A DNA stretch of 64,000 nt. It comes from Clostridia bacterium. Lineage in GTDB: Bacteria; Bacillota; Clostridia; Christensenellales; CAG-314. Location: NCBI GenBank assembly GCA_036654455.1, contig JAVVRZ010000002.1, positions 264,332 through 328,331 of the forward strand. The letters are read 5' to 3'. The first letter of the stretch is position 1, and each line of letters begins with the position of its first letter. Below, one piece after another: positions 1-10,404 of this stretch. A program made the position numbers and the translations under genes. A model generated the notes under the pieces. The model made no database searches. It saw only the letters and a list, made by a program, of their open reading frames with translations, and was not told the DNA's origin.

Positions 1-11
1 TTTAATCTATA

Positions 12-50
12 CAAAAAATACCATCTTATTACTAAGGTGGTATTTTGTTT
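12..50. terminator. Hairpin with flanking A/T runs, likely a bidirectional rho-independent terminator just downstream of the minus-strand lipoprotein gene
   Basis: Stem ATACCATC (18-25) pairs with GGTGGTAT (36-43, one G-U). There is an A-run to the left and a T-run to the right. Confidence 0.45.
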
Positions 51-98
51 TAACAATTAATTAAATTGTAAGGTTGTTAATTTAGCGTAATTAAACGT

Positions 99-1145
99 TT
101 ATGGTTTAACTTCGGGCTTATTTACTACGCCTAATTCCGCTAGTCCGCTAGCGTTAAGGGTAAGTACAAGATAGCCATATTGAATTTTAACCGGAACATA
201 GGTATTTACGGGGTTAAGCATAAATATCTTTGTTTGGTTCTTTTCGCACCACATACCCATACTCATTCCCTGCGTGGCTAATGCAAATAAGGCAAATTCG
301 TTGCTAATGCCTTCAACTTTGTTATCGCCCTCGCCCACGCTACCCGTGAGGGTAACTCGGTCGGTCTCGGCGGACTTTAATTGAAGAGACATAACTTTAT
401 CATTTTGTAATGGTTCAAGTATAGGCAGAGGCGTACCTGCATTGAGTTGAGCCGGACTAAATGTTCTCATAATAAGAAATAGCATATTGTTATCGTAAAC
501 TTTGCCGGTAAATGTAATCTCCTTCTCTACTTTGGTAGGCGTATCTAAATAGTTGCTAAACGTTGATTTGCAAATATATTTCTTGCCCGTGTAGTCGTAG
601 TTGCAGAATATGTTGTAATGATTGTAGACTTGCCTTGCTTTGCCTACGTAAACGCCCTGTACCGACCTAGAAGAACTTATTGGTTGCCAGTTGCCGGAAT
701 TATACTCGGTATACGACGCAATCGTAGTGGTAATGCTAAGTTCTAAGCCGTCTTTGCTAAGAGTAGCAATCCCAGCCTCTATTACTTGATTTATAAATGC
801 TTGGCTAAGCCCATTGACGCTATATGTTTCAACTAGCGAAAGGTCGGTTGAGTATTTTTGCTTTTTGTCCTCAACGCTAATATTCTCAATCTTTGTAACA
901 TATTTGCCGACGGCGCTAAGCGGTTTTACTTGGTCGGTATTTTCGTGCAAAGTCGGTCTGTCTGCGCTTACGACCTTGCCTGCGACAAGCGTATTTAACG
1001 AGTCGATTACTCTTATATCATAAGTATGCGTTTCGGGTTCGATATCTACGTTCCAACGCTGAGTTTGCGTAATTGTGGGCTTAGAACAACCCGTAACAAG
1101 TAGCGCTAAAACTAAAAGAATGCTAATAAAACTAATTTTTTTCAT
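99..1145 (-). CDS. Putative lipoprotein, family not recognised
   Basis: 348-aa ORF. The N-terminus MKKISFISILLVLALLVTGC is a signal peptide with lipobox LVTG|C. An SD (GAGAGG) lies upstream of the ATG. Confidence 0.7.
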   Translation of the reverse strand: MKKISFISILLVLALLVTGCSKPTITQTQRWNVDIEPETHTYDIRVIDSLNTLVAGKVVSADRPTLHENTDQVKPLSAVGKYVTKIENISVEDKKQKYSTDLSLVETYSVNGLSQAFINQVIEAGIATLSKDGLELSITTTIASYTEYNSGNWQPISSSRSVQGVYVGKARQVYNHYNIFCNYDYTGKKYICKSTFSNYLDTPTKVEKEITFTGKVYDNNMLFLIMRTFSPAQLNAGTPLPILEPLQNDKVMSLQLKSAETDRVTLTGSVGEGDNKVEGISNEFALFALATQGMSMGMWCEKNQTKIFMLNPVNTYVPVKIQYGYLVLTLNASGLAELGVVNKPEVKP

Positions 1146-1280
1146 TTTTGACCTCTCAATAAATATTCTTTGATTATATCATATAACAGCGCAAACTTCA
1201 ATTATAAATAATCAATTTATAAAAAGTTAACCAAATTTACACAGTTTTATATTCTATACAAGTAAATTTTGCAATTTAAC

Positions 1281-1309
1281 TTGAATAAACTTACTATTTA
1301 GCTTATAAT
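1281..1309 (+). promoter_or_regulatory. Sigma-70-type promoter upstream of addB
   Basis: TTGAAT (1281-1286), 17-nt spacer, TATAAT (1304-1309); 32 nt upstream of the addB ATG. Confidence 0.5.
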
Positions 1310-1341
1310 TAAAGTACTGCAAAAATTAATGTAAGGAAGAT

Positions 1342-4300
1342 ATGCTAAATATTTACGGCGCAAATTCCTATAAAAATGCAAGTAGTTACATCTTAGGTTT
1401 ATTATCAAAGGTAAACCCCCTTAGTCTTGCGCATAAACATATCGTATTAGTGCCAGACCGAGCAAGTATGTCGTTTGAACAACTTATTCTTGACAAGTTA
1501 GGCGGTAGTTTTAATATCGAAGTACTTACAATTCGCCGATTTGCCACAAGAATATTACCGCAGTGCAATTACTTAAATAAGCAGTCGGCTTTAATGGCGC
1601 TTAGCGCAATTATCAATAGGCAAAAAGATAATTTTTGTTGTTACAAGCTAGGATATTCTTCGGCTGGCTTTGCCGAAAACATCTATGAAATTATCTGCCA
1701 ATTAAAGTATAGCCGTATTCCTCCCGAAAAAATCAAAGTTGACCTTCTTCCGCCTTCAATCAAGTCAAAATTACAAGATATTGTATTAATTTATAGCGAA
1801 TACGAAAAGTATTTGTCAAGCGGATACATAGATTCGGCTAGCAAACTCGAAATGCTTATAGAGGCTATTTCTACAAGTCAGTTCATCGCCTCGTCCTACT
1901 TTTATTTATGCGATTTTGAGAGTTTGTCGGTACAAGAACAAGCAATAATCGGCGAACTTGCTAAATATTCGTTAAACATTACTACCGCCGTACTGTATTC
2001 GCAAGATAAGTCTACTAAACATTTATTTCCTAACGACTGTTTTTCGCAGTTGGTCGAACTTGCCGAACAGCTCGGCGTAGATAAATACGTGCAAACCGAG
2101 CAATCTTTCGACAGTGATTTTTCTAGGCAAATGAGCAAGGTTTATTGCTACGACCAAGTAGATAAATTGAAAGTTTCGCCAGACCAACTTACGATCTACG
2201 CTTTGCCAACGGTAAACGACGAGGTAGTCGCCCTAGCTCAACATATTTCAAGTCACGTTCGTCAAGGCGGACGTTACAAAGATTATTATTGCGTTCTTAG
2301 CGACGTAGAAAAATATCGGTTAAGCGTTCAACAAGTATTTAAGGAATATGACATTCCTTTCTTTATGGATTACAAAGATTGCCTTTATAATCACCCAATT
2401 TGTCAATACTTAGTTGATTATTTAGTTATGTTTAAAAATAATTTTAAACAAGACAATGTTTTTAATTTTGTTAAAAATTGTCTTTTTGGTATGACTAGGC
2501 AAGTAGCTTTATTTGAGAATTATTGCCTTAAATATAATGTTTCTTACAACTTTTTTAATTTAACCTTAGGCAAACTTGACAAGATGGTAGACTATAATTC
2601 GGCTATTGCCGTTAGTAATAGGCTTGCCCAACTTACAGAAATTGCAATTAAACCCATAGATACGGCTACAAATTATTGCATTGCCCTTAAACAAATTGCA
2701 AGCGAGATTATTCCGGCTAGTCAACAATTTGACCAACTATGCTTATCTAAGGGGCTAACTCGTTATGTTGCGTCAAGCAAACAAGCTTCAAACAAGCTTA
2801 ATCAAGTATTAGACGAACTAACTTCTAGCGTAGGCGAAATTATATTTAAATTAGAAGAATTTATTAAGGTGTTGTCAACGGGCTTAGTTAGCAAGAGCAT
2901 TAGCGTACTACCGCTAACAAATGATTGCGTAGTATTTACTAATATGGCAAGAGCTCGCAAACACGACATCAATATTTTAGCCTTGCTAGGGGCAAATCAA
3001 AACGCTATGCCGATAGTTAAAAAGGACACTAAACTGCTCAACGATAAGAGCATTGAGTTGTTAAAAACTTACGGCGTTGATTTGCAATATAGTATGTATC
3101 TTGAAAATAAGCGTGAGAAGATAAGCCTTTATCAACTACTGCAAGAACCTAAACATTTATATGTTTCTTACAGCCTTAAACAATCTAGCGTAGCAGTAGA
3201 AAGCGTTGCGTTGCCCTCAAATTTTATCGGCTATTTAACAAAATTGTTTACCAAAGATTGCGACGAATACCCGGTTTACTACGCCTTAGACGAGCGCATA
3301 TATACGGTTAATTTAGCCAAATCCGCCGTCATTACTAACGCAAGAAAAATTAAGGATAAAGTAAAAGTTACAAGCGTAAATTGCGACCTTTTAAATAAGT
3401 TTTTCGGCGACGTTGTAAAACAATTTGAGTATAAGCAAGACGCCGACAATATTTCTTCTAGCAGTCTTCTATTAGAAGGCGACGCAACAAGCATTAGTAA
3501 AATTGAGTGTTTCTACGAATGTCCTTACAAACACTATTTAAGATACGGACTTAGACTTGCCCCACGTGAGGTGGCCGAACTTGACCCAAGATTGTTTGGT
3601 ATTATTCTTCACGCTGTGTTAGAGCAGTATGTAAGCAAGTTTGATAGGGCAGAGAGCGAGCAACAAACAATAGCCAAGACAAATAACATCTTTAAAAGCA
3701 TAATGTCGCAAGACTTTTATTCCAGTATTACGCAGGATAGCGTCAACTCCGCAACGATTAGACTGTTGCAGAAAGAGTGTTGTAATCTTGCGCTACAAAT
3801 TAAAGGATATTTTTTAAATAGCAACTTTGTCAATTATGGCGCAGAGGTTGGTTTTGGCGTTAAGAACGGTATTTTTGAAGCCTTAAAAGTCGAAGGGACA
3901 GATATTAAACTTAAAGGCGTTGTGGATAGAATTGACGTTTACAAGAATTATTTTGTGTGTATCGACTACAAGAGCAGTTTTGCTAGCGCAAATTATAAAG
4001 AGAGCTTGCTCTATATGGGGCGAAAACTTCAACTACTTATATATCTTATCGCAGTCAAAGATAAGCTTTATCCCGATATGACAATGATTCCGCTAGGCTT
4101 TTATTATCTACCTTTAAGCGACCGATTTACTAGTCAAGACAAGAAGGAAAGAGAGTTTTCCTTTGTTGGTAGAAGTATTGACGACTTTGACGGCTTAACC
4201 AACCTAGATACTAGGCTACTTAACGGCAAATCAAAATTGTTATCGGTTGGACTAAAAAATAACGAGCTGACCAAGTCGCCTAATTCAAGTAGTTTAATCA

Positions 4301-4542
4301 CAACCAATCAATTAAACAGTCAAATGTCTTACGCAATATACTGTATCAAGCAAGCCGAACGACTGCTCAAATGCGGATATATCAAGCAAGCCCCAATTAC
4401 AAGCAGAGAGCAAGATTGCAAGGGTTGTGATTTTGTTGATATTTGCAAAGCAAGCGACCTTGCAAATAATTGTATGCGTAAAGATTACACGTCAATCAAG
4501 CCCGCCGATATTGAAAAAATTATGCAAAAGGGGGAACAATAA
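1342..4542 (+). CDS. addB: ATP-dependent helicase/nuclease AddAB subunit B (RexB-like)
   Basis: 1066 aa. The C-terminal RecB-type nuclease region has Fe-S cluster cysteines (CFYECPYKHY ... CKGCDFVDIC) and a DYK motif. The stop overlaps the addA ATG. The N-terminal P-loop is degenerate. SD AAGGAAG. Confidence 0.85.
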   Translation: MLNIYGANSYKNASSYILGLLSKVNPLSLAHKHIVLVPDRASMSFEQLILDKLGGSFNIEVLTIRRFATRILPQCNYLNKQSALMALSAIINRQKDNFCCYKLGYSSAGFAENIYEIICQLKYSRIPPEKIKVDLLPPSIKSKLQDIVLIYSEYEKYLSSGYIDSASKLEMLIEAISTSQFIASSYFYLCDFESLSVQEQAIIGELAKYSLNITTAVLYSQDKSTKHLFPNDCFSQLVELAEQLGVDKYVQTEQSFDSDFSRQMSKVYCYDQVDKLKVSPDQLTIYALPTVNDEVVALAQHISSHVRQGGRYKDYYCVLSDVEKYRLSVQQVFKEYDIPFFMDYKDCLYNHPICQYLVDYLVMFKNNFKQDNVFNFVKNCLFGMTRQVALFENYCLKYNVSYNFFNLTLGKLDKMVDYNSAIAVSNRLAQLTEIAIKPIDTATNYCIALKQIASEIIPASQQFDQLCLSKGLTRYVASSKQASNKLNQVLDELTSSVGEIIFKLEEFIKVLSTGLVSKSISVLPLTNDCVVFTNMARARKHDINILALLGANQNAMPIVKKDTKLLNDKSIELLKTYGVDLQYSMYLENKREKISLYQLLQEPKHLYVSYSLKQSSVAVESVALPSNFIGYLTKLFTKDCDEYPVYYALDERIYTVNLAKSAVITNARKIKDKVKVTSVNCDLLNKFFGDVVKQFEYKQDADNISSSSLLLEGDATSISKIECFYECPYKHYLRYGLRLAPREVAELDPRLFGIILHAVLEQYVSKFDRAESEQQTIAKTNNIFKSIMSQDFYSSITQDSVNSATIRLLQKECCNLALQIKGYFLNSNFVNYGAEVGFGVKNGIFEALKVEGTDIKLKGVVDRIDVYKNYFVCIDYKSSFASANYKESLLYMGRKLQLLIYLIAVKDKLYPDMTMIPLGFYYLPLSDRFTSQDKKEREFSFVGRSIDDFDGLTNLDTRLLNGKSKLLSVGLKNNELTKSPNSSSLITTNQLNSQMSYAIYCIKQAERLLKCGYIKQAPITSREQDCKGCDFVDICKASDLANNCMRKDYTSIKPADIEKIMQKGEQ

Positions 4543-7500
4543 TGACGCCATTTACCCCAAAGGGAAATCAAAAAGAGGCAATAGAGAACCCTTCTTTTAG
4601 GCTACTTGTTTCGGCTTCGGCAGGCACAGGCAAGACAAGCGTAATGATTGAAAGGCTAGTTCAACAAATTCTTTCAAGAGCGGTTACGGTTGAACAAATA
4701 CTTGTTGTAACTTTTACCAACCTTGCTTCCTGCGAAATGAAACAACGGTTAAATAAGGCGCTTGCAAATTATGCAAGTCAAGACTATATTAAGGCTCAAT
4801 GCGAAAAGATAGATTTATCTAGTATTTCTACCTTGCATAGTTTTTGTCTAGAAACGTTGCGAACGTATTTCTATGTTGTAGATATAGACCCCAACTTTAA
4901 TTTAGTCGACCCCATGCTTGCAAATTCCTATAAAGATAAGGTTTTTGACGAAGTGCTTAAAGAGTATAATAAGGCTCATAACGAAGACTTTTATAGATTA
5001 TGTCAAATTTACAATCTTTCTCGTGGCAACAAGGCGTTTAAAGAGGAAATTTACAAATTATATGAGTTTTCAAGGTGCTTGCCCGACTTCAATAAGTGGT
5101 TTGAAGATACTTTGAAAAATTACGAGTCGGCAAACAGTCAATTCTTACAAGTTCTTCACGACGATTTTGTCACAACAAGTCAAGATTATAGCCGTACTTT
5201 TTATGATTTTGCAATCAAAGCCAAGCATTTAGGCGCAACTAAACTTGCAAGCCACTGCGAATACCTATCTAGCTATTTTGCAGTCGCCCCAAGCCAAAGT
5301 TTTGACATATTGCTTACAAACTTTTTCCAAAGGGAGAAGATGCAAACTTTTTCGGCAAGTTGCAAACAGTACGATACGGCTTTTCATATTAGTCAAGGGG
5401 AATTTGAAGAATTTGTTGAAATTATTAAAGATACGCTCGATAGCGCAAAAAAGAATATTATTGAAAAATATACTAAATTAGACGGTTTAAAGCCCAGCGA
5501 GCAACTCAAAACTGCGTCGCAGTCTTTGCCAATTCTTAGACAACTTGCCAGTTATATCACTTCTTTTAACGACGCATACTACGTGTACAAGAAAGAAAGG
5601 GCGCTACTTGACTTTGCCGACCTAGAACATCTAACGCTTAACGTGCTTGATAACGACCAAGCAAGAGCCGAACTTTCGGCAAGGTACAAGCAAGTCTATG
5701 TTGACGAATATCAAGATATCAATAGCGTTCAAGAGGAGATTATTTCTCGTTTAAGTCAATGTTCTAGCTTATTTATGGTTGGCGACGTTAAACAATCTAT
5801 CTATGGTTTTCGTCAATGCGACCCCAATATTTTCTTAGATAAGAAGCAAAGTTTTGTAAACCAAGCTTCTTCAAGCGTAGTTGAACTTAACGATAATTTT
5901 AGAGCCGACAACCGTATTTTAGAAGAAGTCAACAAAGTTTTTAATTATTGTATGACGGCAAACTTTGGCAAGGTAGACTATTTAAATACGGCAAATTTGC
6001 ATAGCGAGAAATTATTATTTAACCCTTCAACGCCCTTTTCTATCGTTAGGGTCGAAGAAGACGACGACAAACCCGAAGTTGTCGCCCCCTACGATATTAC
6101 CGATATATCAAATTATGTCGAGGGCGAAGACAACAACGAGGCTAAGACCATCGTTTCCCTAGTTAAGAGCCTTGTAGGTTCGATTAGAGAGTTTGAAGAA
6201 GACGGCAATAGAATTCGTCGAGCCGTAACATATAACGACATTACTATTTTATGCAGAACAGGCAAACATCAAAGCAAATCAATTTATCTTGCGCTTAAAC
6301 AAGAGAATATTCCCGTAGTCACCACGCTAGCCGACAAGTATTCCGGCAAAGAGTGCGCCGACCTAATTAATTTTTTAAGAATGTTAGACAACCCCTATAA
6401 CGATATCTATTTTGCGGGCGTAGCGTTATCTTGTTTTGGCGGTTTTACGCAGGACGATTTAAGTTTGATTAAACATAGCGTCCCTTGTCGCAGTTGGTTT
6501 GACGCTTTTGTAGCTTTTGGCGGTAAAGACACCGAGAAATTTAACTTTTTGCTAGGACAAGTTCAAACGACAAACAAAGATAATTTTGAGCAAACAAAGG
6601 TATTTCAAGAAATCAATCAAATTGACATAGACGACATCTTGTCAAACCAAGCAGTTAGCGATACTACGCAAGTTACGCAAAATATTAATCAACAGTCAAT
6701 ACAAATAGAGGAATTAGGCAAGGCAGACAAAGAGCGTTTAACCGACAAGGTTTGTTGTTTTTTAGGTCTGATTAACGATTACTTACTTGCAAGCTATACC
6801 CTTTCGGTAGACGCTTTACTTCAACGGCTAACTCTACAATTCTACTACAATCTTCACGTGTTGTCGCTACCTAACGGGCAGTCAAGACTTGTTAACTTTC
6901 AAAATTTTCTTCAAGAAATTTACGGCAAGAGTTATTCGCAAAGCGTTAGCAAATATTTACAATACATAGATTTGTACGACGAACAAGAGTCTAGTGGCGA
7001 CGTAACGGCTAGTCAAGGCGTCTTTATGACCACAATTCATAAGAGCAAGGGGCTAGAATTTCCCATTGTAATAGGAGCGAATATTTCTGGCGAATTTATA
7101 AACGACAAGTCTAAGGTAAGCGTAGACAAACGCTTAGGCTTTGCTATGGAGAATTACGACTTTGAGAATATGACTTCTTCGCCCTCTCTAACTATGTTTG
7201 CGACAAGAATGTTTGCAAGTTTTACAAGTAAAGAAGAAGAACTTAGACTTCTTTACGTGCTTATGACAAGGGCAAAGAACCAACTTATTCTTGTAGTAAA
7301 CGTAAAAAAAGATAGGCAAATAGTCAACGCTCGTCTTGCGACTAGTATTAAAGATTTTGTTCTTTACGGCGCAAAAAAAGCTAACATTCCAATCGTTTCT
7401 AATCTAAATAATTTAAGTAAAGGTGTCTATTGCCAAGATTTGCCTACGCAAAATACTAACGAACAACAATTTCTAGCCGACATAAATTATGTTTACCCTT

Positions 7501-8318
7501 TTAAAAAGAATTTGTCAATGCCACTTAAAGTAACGGCAAGCGGTATTAAGTGGGACGAGGACGAAACAATTCCGTATACATTTGACTTGTCAAACGGCGA
7601 AGAAGTCAAGGAACAATCTTTAAACGACATCATAGCGTCTACTAATAAGACGTATTTTGAGTTAGAGCAACTCGGTCTTAGAGTAAGTTCGGGTAATTTA
7701 GCAGTAACAAATGCCGACCATATAAGTAGTTTTACGCCTATTGACAATACGACGTTGAGTAACGCTACAATTTTAAACGGCAATACGGCTCAAAAGCAAC
7801 CGCAATTAGAAGAACTCGATACGGTTTCGGCAAGTCTACTAGGTACGGCTTACCACAAGGTTTTTGAACGTTTGCAACTTGACAGCTCTATTCAACAAGT
7901 AAATCAAGTAGTTCAAACATTGATTAGCGAGAATGTAATTTTACAACAAGTTGGAGATATTCTCGACCAAGCTCAAATTGCAAAATGTAGCTCAAACCCG
8001 CAGTTGAAAACTTTATGTTTAGGGCAAATATATCACGAAGCGCCCTTTTTAGCTAGCTTGCCGTATTCTAAAATATTTCCAACAAGCGATATTACTGACA
8101 ACGTTACTTTGCAAGGTATTATTGACTTGCTTATTATAAACGGTCGACAAATTAACATAATAGATTTCAAATACGCAAGTAGAAGAGACAAGCTAAGAGA
8201 GCGCTATTTAGCGCAAATGACAGCCTATACGCTAGCGGTAAAACAAATATTTGCAAGCGACAACGTTTCTAGCTATATTATGTCAATAAAGGATAATTTA
8301 ATTATTAAGGTGAACTAA
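4542..8318 (+). CDS. addA: ATP-dependent helicase/nuclease AddAB subunit A
   Basis: 1258 aa. UvrD/PcrA-type motifs (SASAGTGKTS, VDEYQDIN, TIHKSKGLEFP) and a C-terminal nuclease motif (GIIDLLI...IIDFKYAS). Translationally coupled to addB. Confidence 0.9.
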   Translation: MTPFTPKGNQKEAIENPSFRLLVSASAGTGKTSVMIERLVQQILSRAVTVEQILVVTFTNLASCEMKQRLNKALANYASQDYIKAQCEKIDLSSISTLHSFCLETLRTYFYVVDIDPNFNLVDPMLANSYKDKVFDEVLKEYNKAHNEDFYRLCQIYNLSRGNKAFKEEIYKLYEFSRCLPDFNKWFEDTLKNYESANSQFLQVLHDDFVTTSQDYSRTFYDFAIKAKHLGATKLASHCEYLSSYFAVAPSQSFDILLTNFFQREKMQTFSASCKQYDTAFHISQGEFEEFVEIIKDTLDSAKKNIIEKYTKLDGLKPSEQLKTASQSLPILRQLASYITSFNDAYYVYKKERALLDFADLEHLTLNVLDNDQARAELSARYKQVYVDEYQDINSVQEEIISRLSQCSSLFMVGDVKQSIYGFRQCDPNIFLDKKQSFVNQASSSVVELNDNFRADNRILEEVNKVFNYCMTANFGKVDYLNTANLHSEKLLFNPSTPFSIVRVEEDDDKPEVVAPYDITDISNYVEGEDNNEAKTIVSLVKSLVGSIREFEEDGNRIRRAVTYNDITILCRTGKHQSKSIYLALKQENIPVVTTLADKYSGKECADLINFLRMLDNPYNDIYFAGVALSCFGGFTQDDLSLIKHSVPCRSWFDAFVAFGGKDTEKFNFLLGQVQTTNKDNFEQTKVFQEINQIDIDDILSNQAVSDTTQVTQNINQQSIQIEELGKADKERLTDKVCCFLGLINDYLLASYTLSVDALLQRLTLQFYYNLHVLSLPNGQSRLVNFQNFLQEIYGKSYSQSVSKYLQYIDLYDEQESSGDVTASQGVFMTTIHKSKGLEFPIVIGANISGEFINDKSKVSVDKRLGFAMENYDFENMTSSPSLTMFATRMFASFTSKEEELRLLYVLMTRAKNQLILVVNVKKDRQIVNARLATSIKDFVLYGAKKANIPIVSNLNNLSKGVYCQDLPTQNTNEQQFLADINYVYPFKKNLSMPLKVTASGIKWDEDETIPYTFDLSNGEEVKEQSLNDIIASTNKTYFELEQLGLRVSSGNLAVTNADHISSFTPIDNTTLSNATILNGNTAQKQPQLEELDTVSASLLGTAYHKVFERLQLDSSIQQVNQVVQTLISENVILQQVGDILDQAQIAKCSSNPQLKTLCLGQIYHEAPFLASLPYSKIFPTSDITDNVTLQGIIDLLIINGRQINIIDFKYASRRDKLRERYLAQMTAYTLAVKQIFASDNVSSYIMSIKDNLIIKVN

Positions 8319-9388
8319 TGAACATCAATTACAATTTTAACAGCTTAACAAATCAGCCTTTGCCCGAATTAGACGGTAGGGAAGTTTTAAGTAATCTTAC
8401 TCCTAACCAAGTTAAGAGTAACAAAGCTACGCCCCTACTTAATTCTTCGGGAGAGCTTACTTGCCCTTCGTTTGCTACAAGCGACCTTTTTATTTATAAC
8501 CGTCAATATATCAAGCATAAGAGCAAACTTAAAGAGTGGGAGTTTTACCAAGTTTTTAACCAAAAATATTGTCTACAAGTTACCTACGGTCACGTAACTT
8601 ACGCAGGCAACGCTTGTTTTACGCTAATCGACCTACAAACCGGCATTCGACACGTAACAAGCGTGTTTAGACTATTTTGTTCTCGTGGTATGGCGCTACC
8701 TACTACAAGCGGTCATATTCATAATTTACAATTTTACAATAAAAAACTTAGTTTATTTATCTCTAATGCAAAAGATAGTCGTTCGATTACTTGTAGCGAC
8801 AGTTCGAACGCAACAGCCGAATTTGTTCTTAATAATTCTGGCGACGCTATGTGTTACTGTATTCCGTTTAAGAAAAAATTATTTTATTATAACTATAAGC
8901 GTCTTTTTGATATTAAGTCAATAAAAGTTAGTTTAGAGGGCAAAGATATTGATTTTAGTCAAGCTATCGCCTTAGTAGATAGCGGTAGAGGTTGTTGGCC
9001 TTATCGTCACGAATGGTTGTGGGGTATGGCAAGCGGTAAGAGTGGCGAACAGACAATAGGGCTTAATATAGGTTACGGCAATAGCGACTTAGGTCAAACT
9101 AACGAGAATATGTTATTTGTTGACGGAGTTGCTCACAAATTAGGCGGTATTACCATTACTCACGAGCTTGATTATAATAAAGACTGGCAAATTACAAGTT
9201 ACGACGACTCGGTTTCGCTTATATTTAAACCTTTTTTTGACAACGCAACCCAAACAAATTTGCTTGTAGTTCACAATAGATGCCACCAAGTTTTTGGACA
9301 TTACTTCGGGCGAATTGTAGTAGACGGTTTAGTCGTTCAACTCAATAATGTTTTAGGTTTTTGCGAACACGCAAACAATCGTTGGTAA
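8318..9388 (+). CDS. DUF2804-family protein
   Basis: 356 aa. The C-terminal half matches the remembered DUF2804 pattern (DSGRGCWPYRHEWLWG, GLNIGYG, ENMLFVDGVAHKL, HQVFGHYFG, GFCEHANNRW). The start overlaps the addA stop (TAATG). Confidence 0.65.
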   Translation: MNINYNFNSLTNQPLPELDGREVLSNLTPNQVKSNKATPLLNSSGELTCPSFATSDLFIYNRQYIKHKSKLKEWEFYQVFNQKYCLQVTYGHVTYAGNACFTLIDLQTGIRHVTSVFRLFCSRGMALPTTSGHIHNLQFYNKKLSLFISNAKDSRSITCSDSSNATAEFVLNNSGDAMCYCIPFKKKLFYYNYKRLFDIKSIKVSLEGKDIDFSQAIALVDSGRGCWPYRHEWLWGMASGKSGEQTIGLNIGYGNSDLGQTNENMLFVDGVAHKLGGITITHELDYNKDWQITSYDDSVSLIFKPFFDNATQTNLLVVHNRCHQVFGHYFGRIVVDGLVVQLNNVLGFCEHANNRW

Positions 9389-9546
9389 ATTAGCTAGTTA
9401 AGGTATTTAAGTTGCTTTAAGGCTGAATAAGTCAAACGAAAACTTGTGGCAAAATAGTTTAAGTTTGTCTTAAAACAAACAAATAATATTTTTATAAGTT
9501 TAATTAACCTCGAACAAGGCAAGACTTAACAAACGAGGTTATTTTT

Positions 9547-10284
9547 ATGAAATATGTAGAATTAGTTTTTCAATTTTTAACAAATTACAAGATATTTATG
9601 TACTTGTTTAGTTTTTGTTTGTGTCTAATTTTTTTAGTGGTCAACCGCATTTTTAACGCATATAGGCAAGACCTAATTAAACTTAAAAAGGCCGATAAGG
9701 TTTTGGGCAAGCAAGAAGATTTTAATACTTTTGCCGTAACGCTACCCTTAGTTTATCAATATCAACTGCAATATTTTTTGCATAGCAAGGTTAAGGCGAG
9801 TCAAGCCATTGTTTTTGTCACTCACAAAAAGCGTACGCTGTTCGCTCTTTTGCCTACTATTTCGACCCTAGTTTGTATGATTTACGCCGTTCTTTCGGTA
9901 TATTGCGTCAAAGATGCGATGCCAAATATGTTGTCGTCGGTTTGTTTAGCTCTAACGCTAATTGTGTTTGCGCAGTCGTTAGCTAGACGCCACTTAGTCT
10001 ACGAAGGCAAGACCAATACAGAACTGCAAACTCTGCTTATTAAAATGGACTTAATTTTAGATAAAGACGCTTTAAAAGAAGATAAAGTTCAACTTAACCA
10101 TATTACCGAAAAAATTAAATTTCTAATCGATAGGGGCGTGCCGGAACAAATAGCCGATAAAATTTCCCAAGTTTTGCAACAAGACCTTGTTAGCGACCGC
10201 ACCGTTGCAAGTCAACGCAAACTAAACTGCGCCTTAAATAGTCTGCTTTGCTACGTATCTAAGCAAGACAAACAACTTAACTAA
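9547..10284 (+). CDS. Hypothetical membrane protein (about 3 TM segments plus a soluble C-terminal tail)
   Basis: 245-aa ORF with hydrophobic stretches (IFMYLFSFCLCLIFLVV, LFALLPTISTLVCMIYAVLSVY, LSSVCLALTLIVFA). It is followed by a strong terminator. No family recognised. Confidence 0.55.
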   Translation: MKYVELVFQFLTNYKIFMYLFSFCLCLIFLVVNRIFNAYRQDLIKLKKADKVLGKQEDFNTFAVTLPLVYQYQLQYFLHSKVKASQAIVFVTHKKRTLFALLPTISTLVCMIYAVLSVYCVKDAMPNMLSSVCLALTLIVFAQSLARRHLVYEGKTNTELQTLLIKMDLILDKDALKEDKVQLNHITEKIKFLIDRGVPEQIADKISQVLQQDLVSDRTVASQRKLNCALNSLLCYVSKQDKQLN

Positions 10285-10293
10285 GATTTTTTT

Positions 10294-10326
10294 AAACCGC
10301 TTAGTAATCTTACTAAGCGGTTTTTT
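10294..10326 (+). terminator. Rho-independent terminator
   Basis: AAACCGCTTAGTA (10294-10306) pairs with TACTAAGCGGTTT (10311-10323), followed by a T-run to 10326. Confidence 0.8.
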
Positions 10327-10404
10327 CGTTACCGGTTACTAACGCTACGCCATTTATATTTATTAGCGTATAGCGTTTTTACTTTTTTTAACTCTCGTTT
10401 CCTA

